Virus record (IMG/VR): IMGVR_UViG_3300012983_000031 | Location: 96,001-160,000 of that record | DNA: 64,000 nt | From: a virus | Lineage: Duplodnaviria > Caudoviricetes | Direction: 5' to 3' (one strand) | In this document: positions 33,014-43,134 of the stretch, piece after piece | How the letters are laid out: each line of letters starts with the position of its first letter | Numbering within the stretch: position 1 is the first letter of the stretch | Notes under the pieces: generated by a model | What the model was told of the DNA's origin: nothing | Database searches by the model: none | The model's input: only the letters and a program-made list of their open reading frames with translations | Program-made: the position numbers and the translations under genes

Positions 33014-33281
33014 TTATTCAGGAGTCATTGATTCTCCTAACATAGTCTGTGAATGCGGATGCAAAACGTTCACTCCAGCTGCTATCCTAAAGAAGGTTCC
33101 TATGCTTGTCACAATGACAGGACGTGATGAAATCGTTGATATACCTGTATACATCTGCACAAAATGCGGAAAGATTCCACAGGAATATATTGATAAGGCT
33201 AACTTCAAGCGTATTATGGGTGAGGAAAATGAATCATCCGATGAAAGTAACAATATAAATAATAATGGTATAATTTTATAA
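32997..33281 (+). CDS. Small zinc-ribbon protein
   Basis: CECGC...CTKCG. Confidence 0.7.
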   Translation: MDQQINYSGVIDSPNIVCECGCKTFTPAAILKKVPMLVTMTGRDEIVDIPVYICTKCGKIPQEYIDKANFKRIMGEENESSDESNNINNNGIIL

Positions 33282-33292
33282 ATCAAACAATT

Positions 33293-33745
33293 ATGAGAGT
33301 TAATAATAGTGAATGGTTTGAATGCAAGGTTTGCTACGACCAGATGCAGGACAATGGATCCGTTAAGAAAGTGAAAGAACTTTATACAGTTGACGCTCTT
33401 TCATTTACAGAATCAGAAACTCGTATTATCGACGAAATGGCTCAATTTATAAGTGGAGAATATGAAGTTACTGATATGAAGAAAGCAAAGTATAAGGAAA
33501 TTTATTTCAGTGAAAACGACGATGCTGATATATATTATCAGGTGAAGATTAAACTTATTTTCTTTGACGAAAAAACTGAAAAGGAAAAGGCTTCTTTGTA
33601 TTTGATTCTTGTTCAATCAAATAGTTTGCAACAGGCTGTTAAAGATGTTGAAGAAATAATGAAAGGATCATTGTCTGATTATAGAATCGCAGAAATAAAA
33701 GAGACGAACATCGTTGATGTTATTGAGCATAAGGTGGAGGGATAA
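33293..33745 (+). CDS. DUF4494-like Bacteroidota protein
   Basis: WFECKVCY...KKVKELYTVDALSFTESETRI...IKETNIVDV. Confidence 0.8.
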   Translation: MRVNNSEWFECKVCYDQMQDNGSVKKVKELYTVDALSFTESETRIIDEMAQFISGEYEVTDMKKAKYKEIYFSENDDADIYYQVKIKLIFFDEKTEKEKASLYLILVQSNSLQQAVKDVEEIMKGSLSDYRIAEIKETNIVDVIEHKVEG

Positions 33746-33779
33746 TCCCTCCTCCTTCTTAAACTTAAATCAAAAAGAC

Positions 33780-34139
33780 ATGCCTTTTGCTTTTGACTTC
33801 AATGCTGCTCATGGTGACGTTCATAGTGTTGAGATCTCCCCAGAAGGATGGAATGGGAAGGTTACCGTAGACTATATGGTTGCGCAGGCTCATAAATTTG
33901 ATACGATGTTGTCAATTGTATGGAAAGTTAGAGGGACTGAACACTGTTTCACAATAGAGGAAAGGAGACTTAATCAACTCTCTCATGGAAATTATAAACA
34001 ACACTTTAAAGAAGCTCTGGAAGCTTTTCGGAAAGATTATCTCAGCTGGTTCACGGACGACATGTACAAAGACTGTGAATGGAAATACGAGTACGAACGA
34101 CAGTTCTGCAAACTCATCAAGCCAGATAAAGATAACTGA
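33780..34139 (+). CDS. Hypothetical protein
   Basis: Likely start MPFAFDF. Confidence 0.65.
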   Translation: MPFAFDFNAAHGDVHSVEISPEGWNGKVTVDYMVAQAHKFDTMLSIVWKVRGTEHCFTIEERRLNQLSHGNYKQHFKEALEAFRKDYLSWFTDDMYKDCEWKYEYERQFCKLIKPDKDN

Positions 34140-34171
34140 CGTTAAAGTGAAAAAAATAAATTTACATTAGA

Positions 34172-34972
34172 ATGAAGAAGAAAAGATATTTTCAATGGAT
34201 CGAAGGTGAACAGATTGGGGAAATCGAAACACTGGAAAGCATAGAGAAATTTGAAGATGAAACAATCTTTAATTTTGATAGCGGCGAATCGTGCAATCTT
34301 AGGTTTATATCTAAGATGACTGACAATGTTGTTGACCTCAAGAAGAAGTTCATGGTTGAAATAGATTCTCCATCAAATGCTTGGACAATTGACACAGTAA
34401 AGCCAAAGATTTACACGGACGAATCAATGAAAGGTGAGGTTGCAGAGATACCATCACTTCATGATATGCTTCAATGCAACGGTCAATCTTCAGAAATAAA
34501 TTCAAACATCGGAACAACAAAACTTGTGAAGCCACGTAATCCGCAAAGCATGCGTGAACTTCCAACAATTAATGAATATGGCGTGAAACCTGTAGTCAAA
34601 CCAAAGACTCTTGAAAATGTTTCTGCTACAATTATAGACAATACAGCTACACCTAAAGATGAACCTGTTAATGTTCAGGAAGATCAAAAGGCAAAGGTTT
34701 ATGCTGCTTCAGAACAAAAATTTTCTGACTTCGCGATAGATCCTGTAAGGATTCTTGTTGATAAATGTAAGAAGCATGATACGCCAGTTGAACTTGAGAT
34801 AACAATGAAACTTCCTGCTAAATCTGTTGCGGACATAGCAAGAAACGAATTTGATGACGGATTTGATAAATTTATAGATTGTGTTGTCGCTGACATAGAT
34901 TTAAGTAAAGTGATAGACGCACTTCGTGATTCCTTGCGTTCGGCGTATTCGGATGAAAATGAATCACAATAA
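34172..34972 (+). CDS. Hypothetical protein
   Basis: 266-aa ORF. Confidence 0.7.
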   Translation: MKKKRYFQWIEGEQIGEIETLESIEKFEDETIFNFDSGESCNLRFISKMTDNVVDLKKKFMVEIDSPSNAWTIDTVKPKIYTDESMKGEVAEIPSLHDMLQCNGQSSEINSNIGTTKLVKPRNPQSMRELPTINEYGVKPVVKPKTLENVSATIIDNTATPKDEPVNVQEDQKAKVYAASEQKFSDFAIDPVRILVDKCKKHDTPVELEITMKLPAKSVADIARNEFDDGFDKFIDCVVADIDLSKVIDALRDSLRSAYSDENESQ

Positions 34973-35030
34973 TAACTAGAATAAATACCTTTGAACTATT
35001 GCAAAATTTTCAAAGGTATTTTTAATAATT

Positions 35031-35531
35031 ATGAAGTTCTATGGCACAATCGAACCATGCAGAAGGCTAAAAAATTTGTTTAGTAATTTAAGTTCGTTTT
35101 ACATTATTGATGTAGATACCATACTTAAAGAGTCTGGGCTTGATCCAAATAAGAATACGCATAAGTATCTTATAAACGCCGAACTCGAACGGCTTATAAC
35201 ATCAGGCGCGAAATCAAAAAGGTATCTTGGTATGATCTATATAAACAGTAAGCTTAACTGTGATACAATCATATCAATTAAAAAATCGATCGAAACGTTA
35301 ACCAATTCAGCTATAGAAAGTTTTGTCATCCTTGATGATTTCGATACGCCAAAATTACATGATTACTATACGTTGTTTGATGAGGTTGTGTTTTTCCCGT
35401 CATTAAAGAAAACGAAGATAATCGAGTGTGTACCTCGAATTATGCCAAAAATCAATAAACTAGAAAATGTTAAGAAGAATAATATCTTTTCTGAAGAACC
35501 TGTTCAAGAAGAAACGGTTCAAGCCGATTAA
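35031..35531 (+). CDS. Hypothetical protein
   Basis: 166-aa ORF. Confidence 0.7.
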   Translation: MKFYGTIEPCRRLKNLFSNLSSFYIIDVDTILKESGLDPNKNTHKYLINAELERLITSGAKSKRYLGMIYINSKLNCDTIISIKKSIETLTNSAIESFVILDDFDTPKLHDYYTLFDEVVFFPSLKKTKIIECVPRIMPKINKLENVKKNNIFSEEPVQEETVQAD

Positions 35532-35627
35532 GCACCCTAAACAAATAGAACTTGTTGGTGGAGGTTTTGTGCCAGCCTCTGACTACATGTGCGTGAAAGT
35601 CTCTGAACTTAAGGAAATGAAAAAAGG

Positions 35628-36740
35628 TCAAGGATAGCCTGGTATTCCAAATGTGCATTTTCCAGCAGGTTCAAATCCTGTCATTAGAAACGTCATGAAT
35701 CTTATATTTGTAACATTAAGCTTTTCATATTTAGGAAGCGCCTCTGCCTCCGTCAACGTCTGAAGGATAGCATATATTGCTGTCCTTATTGTTTGTGGAT
35801 CAAATTGCGGGAGTTCACCGAACGAACCAGGGTTAAATCCAGTAGCGGATGTAACGCTGTTCATTCCAGCCATACCCATTTGTGCAACTTTGGCGTTTTT
35901 AATTTGACCTTTGGTGTGTTCCCATTGCGTTTCAGCTTCCGATATAAGTAAATCAACAATTGGAGGAATGCTATATGTGGTTGACATATTTGTGTTAGCA
36001 ACAAGAATCTCTGTCTTGATTATGCTCTTTGGTGTTGGGAAGAATGCCATTCCAGCTCCATTAACGTTCATTGCAAACTGTCCGCTTATGGCTGTTGTTA
36101 TTGAGCTAATGATGTTTAGAATGTTATTAATTGCTACAGCTGCCTGTGTAATGTGAGAAACTACAGAAGAAACTTTCGCATCAGAAGCGTCTCCTTTCCC
36201 TTCAATTATATGAAGAAGTTCATCTTTTGTTAGTTCCGCTGAGGTTATGCTTAGATTTGTCTTCGTTAATTCAAGTTCATATTGTATAATTTGATATTTT
36301 TTTAGAACAATTTGAATAGCAAGAAACGGTACGTAAACTGCATTTATAATAATAGATGTAGATGCGTCCATTGTTTGATAAAATTTCTTTGTGGCGTTCG
36401 CTATTACTGTATTCACGTCACCGTTTACTTCATTTTGAAGTTTTTGCGCTTCTGACAAAACCGTGTTAAGGGCTGATGGGAGAATGGTTGTTAACTCTGT
36501 AACATCATTTGTAACATTATTAACCTTTTGAAGAATCTCAGGTATATCACAACTTTCTGTTGACGTTGGCATAATATCAATAGATGCCTTTTTTATGTTT
36601 TTCACTTTCTTTTCAACACCATTCATTATATCATAAGCGAACGCCAGTCTATTGACGACATCCGCTTGTTCTTCGGCTTGCGATATTATTTTATCCTTTG
36701 GGTCGTTTATTTTCTCTTTGGATGTGATTTTTTTAGCCAT
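35628..36740 (-). CDS. Hypothetical helical protein (possibly virion-associated)
   Basis: Likely start MAKKITSKEK at 36740; the upstream extension overlaps promoters. Confidence 0.65.
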   Translation of the reverse strand: MAKKITSKEKINDPKDKIISQAEEQADVVNRLAFAYDIMNGVEKKVKNIKKASIDIMPTSTESCDIPEILQKVNNVTNDVTELTTILPSALNTVLSEAQKLQNEVNGDVNTVIANATKKFYQTMDASTSIIINAVYVPFLAIQIVLKKYQIIQYELELTKTNLSITSAELTKDELLHIIEGKGDASDAKVSSVVSHITQAAVAINNILNIISSITTAISGQFAMNVNGAGMAFFPTPKSIIKTEILVANTNMSTTYSIPPIVDLLISEAETQWEHTKGQIKNAKVAQMGMAGMNSVTSATGFNPGSFGELPQFDPQTIRTAIYAILQTLTEAEALPKYEKLNVTNIRFMTFLMTGFEPAGKCTFGIPGYP

Positions 36741-36754
36741 TTTCTTTTCTATTT

Positions 36755-36826
36755 GAAAAAATAGTTGTACATTTGCAACATATTTATTTATAAGATTTAA
36801 TCGTTTTTGTTTTTTAATCGTATAAT
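36755..36826 (+). promoter_or_regulatory. Tandem host-type (TACATTTG 36768-36775) and putative middle (36796-36826) promoters for the PolB N-subunit
   Basis: Both motifs directly visible. Confidence 0.7.
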
Positions 36827-36862
36827 GAATAGAAGGGGAATCATTTAAGCATATCAAAGACA

Positions 36863-38368
36863 ATGATAGTAAATACAGAAATCCGAAATTACACGCAGAA
36901 CGGAATTGATGTGATGGATCCATATGGGAGACCACAGAAATTCCTATATATATCTTATGTAGGCGAAGACAAGAGAATTAAGTCATTCTATTGGATGATA
37001 CCGCAGGAATTGATGTACCAGTGGAAATATGCAACAAAGAATGATGTGCCAGATCCAACATATAAGTCGTGGGACGGCAAAGGCGTAATTAAGGTTCCAA
37101 TTGTAAACAAGTTCACCGAACAGCGCGTGCATGAAATCATCATGGATTTAGAACGATGGTTCCCAGATGATCCAAACCTAAAGCAAATCCGTGAAATGAG
37201 AAAACCTAATACAGCGTTCATGGATATTGAGGTTGATGTTGATGATGATGGGTTTCCAGCAGCGGATCAAGCTAAAAATCAAGTAAATACATGTTCAATC
37301 GTTTATAATGAAAATGTTTATGTTCTTGGTTTAGCCCCGTTAACGCAAGATGATATACAATGGATTCAGGATGAAATTGATAAGCATTGTGAAAAGTTTG
37401 ATACAAAATATAAATTCCAGTACAGATATCATCCAAGTGAAATATCATTATTCACAGATTTGTTCAGGAATTTCATAGGAACAATTGATTGCATAACTGG
37501 TTGGAACTGGTTCGGATACGACTGGCCATACTTATGCAACAGGGCAGAACGAATAGGGTTTGATATATCCTGGCTTTCACCTACAAAGACATGGTATACC
37601 TATAAGCTGCAGATTGGCAACAACAGCATGATTAAACTCCCAATGCATAAATGTATGTATGACTACATGGAAGTTTACGCAAAGTATGACAGATCCATCA
37701 CACCAAAAGAAAGTAATAAATTGGATTGGGTTTCAAACCGTGTTCTTGGAACAAAGAAAGTTGTACACCAGCTTGGGTTCAAGGAAATGTGGGAACGCCA
37801 GAAGAAGGAATATGTGTTCTATAACGCGATAGACAGTGTGCTTGTGAGGGAAATCGATAATAAGTTAAAGACAAGCTCAGTTGTGTTCGGTCTCGCATCG
37901 CTTATGAATGTTCCACTGCTAAATACCTTTAGCTCCACAAAGAGCATCGAAATAGTGCAGGCGGAATATCTGTATAGGGAAAATAAGGTGTTCCCTGTTG
38001 TTAAGAATGATAAGAAAAAGGAAGAGTATGAGGGAGCGTTCGTATTCAGACCAATACAAGGTATATATAATAATGTATATACTCTTGACTACTCATCACT
38101 TTATCCTACAACGATGAGGCAGTTTAATATTTCACCAGACACACTTCTGTTCAAGGATAAGGATTACGAACCCAAGGAAAACGAAATTAAATGTACCAAC
38201 GGATGTGTGTACACAAATGACTTTGAAGGATTCATACCTAAGATTCTCAGTGATTATTTTGCAAAGAGAAAGGGATATAAGAATCAGATGATAGCTGCAC
38301 AAAAAGAGAAGTACAGGCTTATATCTATACTGGAAAGACGTAAAAAGAAATTAAACAATTGTGCATAG
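36863..38368 (+). CDS. Family B DNA polymerase, N-terminal subunit (3'-5' exonuclease and motif A)
   Basis: ExoI MDIEV, ExoII GWNWFGYDWPY, ExoIII YNAID, YEGAFV, motif A LDYSSLYPT; ends in the first fingers helix. Confidence 0.92.
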   Translation: MIVNTEIRNYTQNGIDVMDPYGRPQKFLYISYVGEDKRIKSFYWMIPQELMYQWKYATKNDVPDPTYKSWDGKGVIKVPIVNKFTEQRVHEIIMDLERWFPDDPNLKQIREMRKPNTAFMDIEVDVDDDGFPAADQAKNQVNTCSIVYNENVYVLGLAPLTQDDIQWIQDEIDKHCEKFDTKYKFQYRYHPSEISLFTDLFRNFIGTIDCITGWNWFGYDWPYLCNRAERIGFDISWLSPTKTWYTYKLQIGNNSMIKLPMHKCMYDYMEVYAKYDRSITPKESNKLDWVSNRVLGTKKVVHQLGFKEMWERQKKEYVFYNAIDSVLVREIDNKLKTSSVVFGLASLMNVPLLNTFSSTKSIEIVQAEYLYRENKVFPVVKNDKKKEEYEGAFVFRPIQGIYNNVYTLDYSSLYPTTMRQFNISPDTLLFKDKDYEPKENEIKCTNGCVYTNDFEGFIPKILSDYFAKRKGYKNQMIAAQKEKYRLISILERRKKKLNNCA

Positions 38369-38395
38369 TTATAAACGTTTAAAAATAAAATAATT

Positions 38396-38833
38396 ATGAA
38401 TACAACTAATTTAAAATGTACAAGATGTATGCACGATCTTGAAGTAGAGGAATTTCTCGAAAGTGAAGATCCTGAGTTCGGTAACACAACTTTTCTTTTC
38501 TGTCCCTACTGTGGTGCCAAATATGAATGCACAGAGGCACCAGAAAATGAGAAGGATAAGTATGAATTCTATCAGAATGGGGAAGATATCGACGGAAGGA
38601 TCACCGAACCAGATATCCTTAACGGTCACTGCACAAACTGTGGGCATAAAGTTACTGTGTCCAATAATTTCATGCTTTCAGATTATGATGATACAATCAC
38701 GGATGAAAATGAAGATAAGATGAATTTCATCATGAATGAATGCCCATATTGTGGAATGTGTGAAGTTCGTTGGGATAACTCAAATAACGAACGTGAAGTG
38801 TTCCCGTACTGGAAAGAAAACCAACAAGAGTGA
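38396..38833 (+). CDS. Double zinc-ribbon protein
   Basis: Four CxxC pairs. Confidence 0.7.
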   Translation: MNTTNLKCTRCMHDLEVEEFLESEDPEFGNTTFLFCPYCGAKYECTEAPENEKDKYEFYQNGEDIDGRITEPDILNGHCTNCGHKVTVSNNFMLSDYDDTITDENEDKMNFIMNECPYCGMCEVRWDNSNNEREVFPYWKENQQE

Positions 38834-38835
38834 TT

Positions 38836-39117
38836 ATGGAAAAGAAAGACAAAAAACAGAATGTGTTCGATATAAACGATTTCAAGCCAATCACAACGGA
38901 AAAATATAAATCATGCGTTTCATATAATGAAATGATTCCTGCTGAAACACTGACAACAATGTACAGGTGGGGGTGGAAATTGATTCATTTTTCTGCGTTT
39001 GCTAAATCAAAAACAATAGGATATAGCACACAAGAAGGCGTAGGAATGGAAGTATATGCATATATGTTTGAAAATAAACGATTTATGGACGATATTAAAA
39101 ACACATTAAACGAATGA
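38836..39117 (+). CDS. Hypothetical protein
   Basis: ORF in operon. Confidence 0.6.
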   Translation: MEKKDKKQNVFDINDFKPITTEKYKSCVSYNEMIPAETLTTMYRWGWKLIHFSAFAKSKTIGYSTQEGVGMEVYAYMFENKRFMDDIKNTLNE

Positions 39118-39812
39118 TAAAACATGATCGAAACAATAAAAACGTTCTTGAAGGATCCGATTCTTTTGCATTATTCGGCGACGACGTTTGTGTTCATATT
39201 GACAATAGGAATACTGGCGTTCGCAATAAAGATGAACAAGAGGCTGAAAAGACTAAATTTGAAAAACAGACTGGAGCACAACCAGCTGATGAAAAACCAG
39301 ACAAATCTGAACATGGTTCTGAGAAAACTGGACGCAAAATTAGGAGAGGATTCAGAGCACTTGAAAACAATAAAAACTCTATTGGTTCAGAAAGTGATGC
39401 CGATGCTGTCAAAGGATCAAGTCATTCAAAAACTGATGGACAACGTGAACACGTTGGAAACGAACAACAAAGCTTTGATAAAGCAAATACAAGACGTGTC
39501 AGAAGAACTCGACGAACTAAATCATCAATATCAAACGATGAAGGAGGAAATGGAGTTCAAAAGCACGGCACTACCGCTACAGAAACTGTAGATATATCAG
39601 CATATCCTCTTAGGGAATTTGAAACAACTTCTGTTATACAAAACTGTGCAATAACTGGAAGACCGAAACAAACAGATGAGTTCGGAACAGTTGAGGTTCT
39701 TATCGATGGAGTTCGCCGCAAGGTTTCTGAATGGTCAATTAAAGGCGGACAATATATTCAAGGTCTCGATAGCAGATTTCTTGTTTCAAAATATAAAACT
39801 GGAAAGAAATAA
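39114..39812 (+). CDS. Hypothetical protein overlapping 39124-39591 in another frame
   Basis: ATGA coupling to the upstream stop; protein-like C-terminal region ending just before a terminator. Confidence 0.45.
   Translation: MIKHDRNNKNVLEGSDSFALFGDDVCVHIDNRNTGVRNKDEQEAEKTKFEKQTGAQPADEKPDKSEHGSEKTGRKIRRGFRALENNKNSIGSESDADAVKGSSHSKTDGQREHVGNEQQSFDKANTRRVRRTRRTKSSISNDEGGNGVQKHGTTATETVDISAYPLREFETTSVIQNCAITGRPKQTDEFGTVEVLIDGVRRKVSEWSIKGGQYIQGLDSRFLVSKYKTGKK
39124..39591 (+). CDS. Membrane-anchored coiled-coil protein
   Basis: N-terminal TM helix (TTFVFILTIGILAFAI) followed by heptad-rich helix. Confidence 0.6.
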   Translation: MIETIKTFLKDPILLHYSATTFVFILTIGILAFAIKMNKRLKRLNLKNRLEHNQLMKNQTNLNMVLRKLDAKLGEDSEHLKTIKTLLVQKVMPMLSKDQVIQKLMDNVNTLETNNKALIKQIQDVSEELDELNHQYQTMKEEMEFKSTALPLQKL

Positions 39813-39816
39813 AATG

Positions 39817-39845
39817 ATGGCTGGATAACGCTCCAGCCATTTTTT
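39817..39845 (+). terminator. Rho-independent terminator
   Basis: ATGGCTGGA/TCCAGCCAT plus TTTTT. Confidence 0.8.
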
Positions 39846-39858
39846 ATTTAGATAAATA

Positions 39859-40581
39859 GTGAAAGAAAATCCAAAAACAATGCTAGTTCCACAACGAACA
39901 ATAAAAAGTGACAGAAAAGATTTTGAACAGCTGCTAAATGGTTTGGATCCAATCCATACACCTTCTCCAGTGCAAGATCCTCAACCATCGGAAAAGGCAC
40001 CTAAACCTACACCTGTTGACAATACAAGTGCAGCCGAAACGATGAAAGTAAAAATGTTTGATTACGATTACGATTTAAACAAAAAAATACTTAGGAAAAA
40101 GGCAAGAAAAACTATACTTGGGGCTGTTAAGCATATCATGAGTGATGATTTGCTTGAATATGAATATGTTAAGGATAAAATTGAACAAGATATAGATACG
40201 TTGACATCATTATATGTTCAGCTTGATAGCAACATGACGATGCAAAGATCCATCATGGAAAATGTTAACTCTGGAAACTCTGCGCCAAGAATGTATGAGG
40301 TGTTCGCGCAACTGACTGATAAAATACAGGCGATCACTAAACAAATATTCGAGTCTGAACAAAGAATCAGGAAAACATATATTGACCTGAAGTTCGAGAT
40401 TAGAGATAAAGAGGGAGAAGCCAATATAGCAGCACAGCAGCAGAAAGACCCAGCTAAACTTGAAGCTCCTACATCTATGGTTGTCACATCTACAAAAAAT
40501 CTTATCAGCGGGGCAAGGCAAAGACACATAGACAAGATAAATAACGTAAAAGAAGCTGAATTTGAAATTAAAGATTGGTAA
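39859..40581 (+). CDS. Hypothetical late protein, candidate small terminase
   Basis: PRMYEVFAQL resembles T4 gp16-like proteins; two genes upstream of TerL. Confidence 0.45.
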   Translation: MKENPKTMLVPQRTIKSDRKDFEQLLNGLDPIHTPSPVQDPQPSEKAPKPTPVDNTSAAETMKVKMFDYDYDLNKKILRKKARKTILGAVKHIMSDDLLEYEYVKDKIEQDIDTLTSLYVQLDSNMTMQRSIMENVNSGNSAPRMYEVFAQLTDKIQAITKQIFESEQRIRKTYIDLKFEIRDKEGEANIAAQQQKDPAKLEAPTSMVVTSTKNLISGARQRHIDKINNVKEAEFEIKDW

Positions 40582-40585
40582 CGTT

Positions 40586-40963
40586 ATGCAAATCAAAGAG
40601 ATATATATAAGAGACGAAAATGATCCATATTACGATCCAACAATGATTGATTTTAACAACGAAATCGAATCAATCATAACGCAAATCAGAATGATACTTG
40701 GAACGCAAAATGGACAGGTGTTAGGGAACTATGATTTTGGAATTGATCTTGAATATATGGTTTTTAACACGAAACATGCAGCAGAACAGGTTTTAGATAA
40801 ACTAAATACACAAATAAGAACTTATGTGAATCATGGGGAAAATACTTACATAACAACAAACATAGAGTTCGGAGATTCAGGACTAGGATATGATTATGCT
40901 GTTCTTGACATATACATCAACGGAGTAAAAAGCATAGGTTTCCTCATAGATAAAAACCAGTAA
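40586..40963 (+). CDS. gp25-like baseplate/sheath initiator
   Basis: IRMILGTQNGQVLGNYDFGIDL motif. Confidence 0.75.
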   Translation: MQIKEIYIRDENDPYYDPTMIDFNNEIESIITQIRMILGTQNGQVLGNYDFGIDLEYMVFNTKHAAEQVLDKLNTQIRTYVNHGENTYITTNIEFGDSGLGYDYAVLDIYINGVKSIGFLIDKNQ

Positions 40964-40971
40964 AGTGGAAC

Positions 40972-43065
40972 ATGGCTGAAAATACACAGGAAGGAAATAA
41001 ACGGAAACAAAGAAAGATATACTCAACAGAAAGGATCAATTCGCTCATCGAAGAACGAAACAATGGATATGAAATTGATTTTGAACCGTTCTTCATGAGA
41101 GATCTTGATCTTAGAGCGGCTAATATACCGTTCCAGATGACTGAGGAGGAAATGATAGAATATCAAAAATGCTATGATGACCCCCTCTATTATGCGTCTC
41201 ATTATGCAAAGTTCATGACGGATCATGGATTCAGAACAGTAGAGTTGAGAGATTATCAGGTGGAAATAATTGACAAGGCAACAGAAGAAGTGTATGATGA
41301 GGAAAGGGATCTTCTGCTGCCAGTTAACCGCAATATTATACTTTGCTGTAGCAGGCAAACTGGAAAAACGACCACCATCGCCGTATTTCTTTCATGGATG
41401 CTTATCTTTCATATCGACAGGAATATTCTTGTTGTAGCCAATAAGGAAAAGACATCAATAGAGATTGTTGATAAAATTATCAATATATTCAAAGGTCTTC
41501 CATTCTGGTTGAAACCTGGCACAGAAATATGGGCAAAAACACAGCTTAAACTCGATAACGGATCTAAAATACTTTCATCAGCAACAACAAACACAGCATC
41601 AATCGGTTTCACGATCCACTGTGTGCTGCTTGATGAGTTTGCGCATATTCCAGATAATATAGTTAACAACTTCTGGCGTTCAGTTTACCCAACACTTTCT
41701 TCTTCAGATGTATCACAGTGCATCATATGTTCTACACCGAACGGAACTACTAACAAATATTATGATCTTTGGTCTGGAGCACTGGAAAAGAAGAACTCTT
41801 TCATACCAATAAGGGTAGATTACTGGCAGTTCCCAGGACATGATGAGGAGTGGGCTAAGAAGATGAGGGCAGACTTCGGTGAAGATGAGTTCGCGCAGGA
41901 GTTTGAACTTCAGTTCAATAAGAACTCCAGAATGTTGATGAAGGCTGATGACATGAGATTTATCGAACGTATTGCCGTAGAATATGAACAAAAGCACATA
42001 TATATAAACAATCAGTACGTCAACGATGAACATATAACATGGCATCCAGATTTTGATCCTAATGATATAAACGAGAATGATGTGTTTGTTTTCCTTGTTG
42101 ACTTGGCTGAAGGAAACGGCGATCCAGATGAACGTGTTCAATCAAAGAAAAAAACACCAGATGCTAACTCGATACAGATATTAAAGGTTGTTCCAAATTC
42201 ACCAGCGAACTTAAGGCGTTACTCTCATCTTAGTTGCAGGATATCGGACTGCATACGTTTTGTACAGGTTGGAAAATACAAGAACAGTTCTGAGGACGAA
42301 ATACAGTGCGCACGCGTTTGTTCAGCTCTGGCATACAATCTTTTCAAAGATCATGAACGCAATAATGTAAGAGTTATGGTTGAGATGAACTTCAACGGAA
42401 AATCGTTTTTCGAGGAATTCAAGAGACATTCATCATACAGCGGTGCGACGATACAGAAAACATATCACAAGAAACCTATCCCTGGAGAAACGCAGAAAAG
42501 AAAATACGGTTTCAAGACAACCACAAACAAGGAGTATTACTGCAATAAGGGAAACAAGATGATTACAATGAAGCGAACCATTGTCACATGCAAGGAGACA
42601 TTCGATCAGATGAAATCATTCGGTTACATTAAGAGTAAGCTCGGAGGAATATCTTGCCATGATGACCTTTCTCTCCCAATTTTCAATCATATACCCAGAA
42701 TGATCGATGACAGCACATTCATTGGATGGATTGAAGAATACCTGTATTTTAAGACAGATGGAACGAAACTTTATCAGATGAATGAAATCATAAAGCAATG
42801 GGCAATAGACAATCCAGACATGACCGATGATGAATTTACATCTTTGTATGGAATTGAAGAAACTAAATCCTCTATGGTGAACTTCAATGATGTCACATAC
42901 GGACAGACGGAAATGGGATGGCTTGAACCTAGACCGTATGGAAACGCTTATGCTAGTGGATACGGATCCATTTATATCGAAGGAAGCGGTCTTGGGCTTG
43001 GTATGGGAACAATAGGAAGCAGTGTTGGACACCTTACCTACTCTCAAATCGCAGGATTAAAATAA
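40972..43065 (+). CDS. terL: Terminase large subunit (T4 gp17-like)
   Basis: LRDYQ, RQTGKTT, LLDEFAH, STPNG, FAQEF, nuclease VDLAEG and HDD. Confidence 0.95.
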   Translation: MAENTQEGNKRKQRKIYSTERINSLIEERNNGYEIDFEPFFMRDLDLRAANIPFQMTEEEMIEYQKCYDDPLYYASHYAKFMTDHGFRTVELRDYQVEIIDKATEEVYDEERDLLLPVNRNIILCCSRQTGKTTTIAVFLSWMLIFHIDRNILVVANKEKTSIEIVDKIINIFKGLPFWLKPGTEIWAKTQLKLDNGSKILSSATTNTASIGFTIHCVLLDEFAHIPDNIVNNFWRSVYPTLSSSDVSQCIICSTPNGTTNKYYDLWSGALEKKNSFIPIRVDYWQFPGHDEEWAKKMRADFGEDEFAQEFELQFNKNSRMLMKADDMRFIERIAVEYEQKHIYINNQYVNDEHITWHPDFDPNDINENDVFVFLVDLAEGNGDPDERVQSKKKTPDANSIQILKVVPNSPANLRRYSHLSCRISDCIRFVQVGKYKNSSEDEIQCARVCSALAYNLFKDHERNNVRVMVEMNFNGKSFFEEFKRHSSYSGATIQKTYHKKPIPGETQKRKYGFKTTTNKEYYCNKGNKMITMKRTIVTCKETFDQMKSFGYIKSKLGGISCHDDLSLPIFNHIPRMIDDSTFIGWIEEYLYFKTDGTKLYQMNEIIKQWAIDNPDMTDDEFTSLYGIEETKSSMVNFNDVTYGQTEMGWLEPRPYGNAYASGYGSIYIEGSGLGLGMGTIGSSVGHLTYSQIAGLK

Positions 43066-43134
43066 TTTTTTCATGAATATTTTTGTTATGTGAAATAAAA
43101 GTTGTATCTTTGCAATATAAAAATACAAACAATA

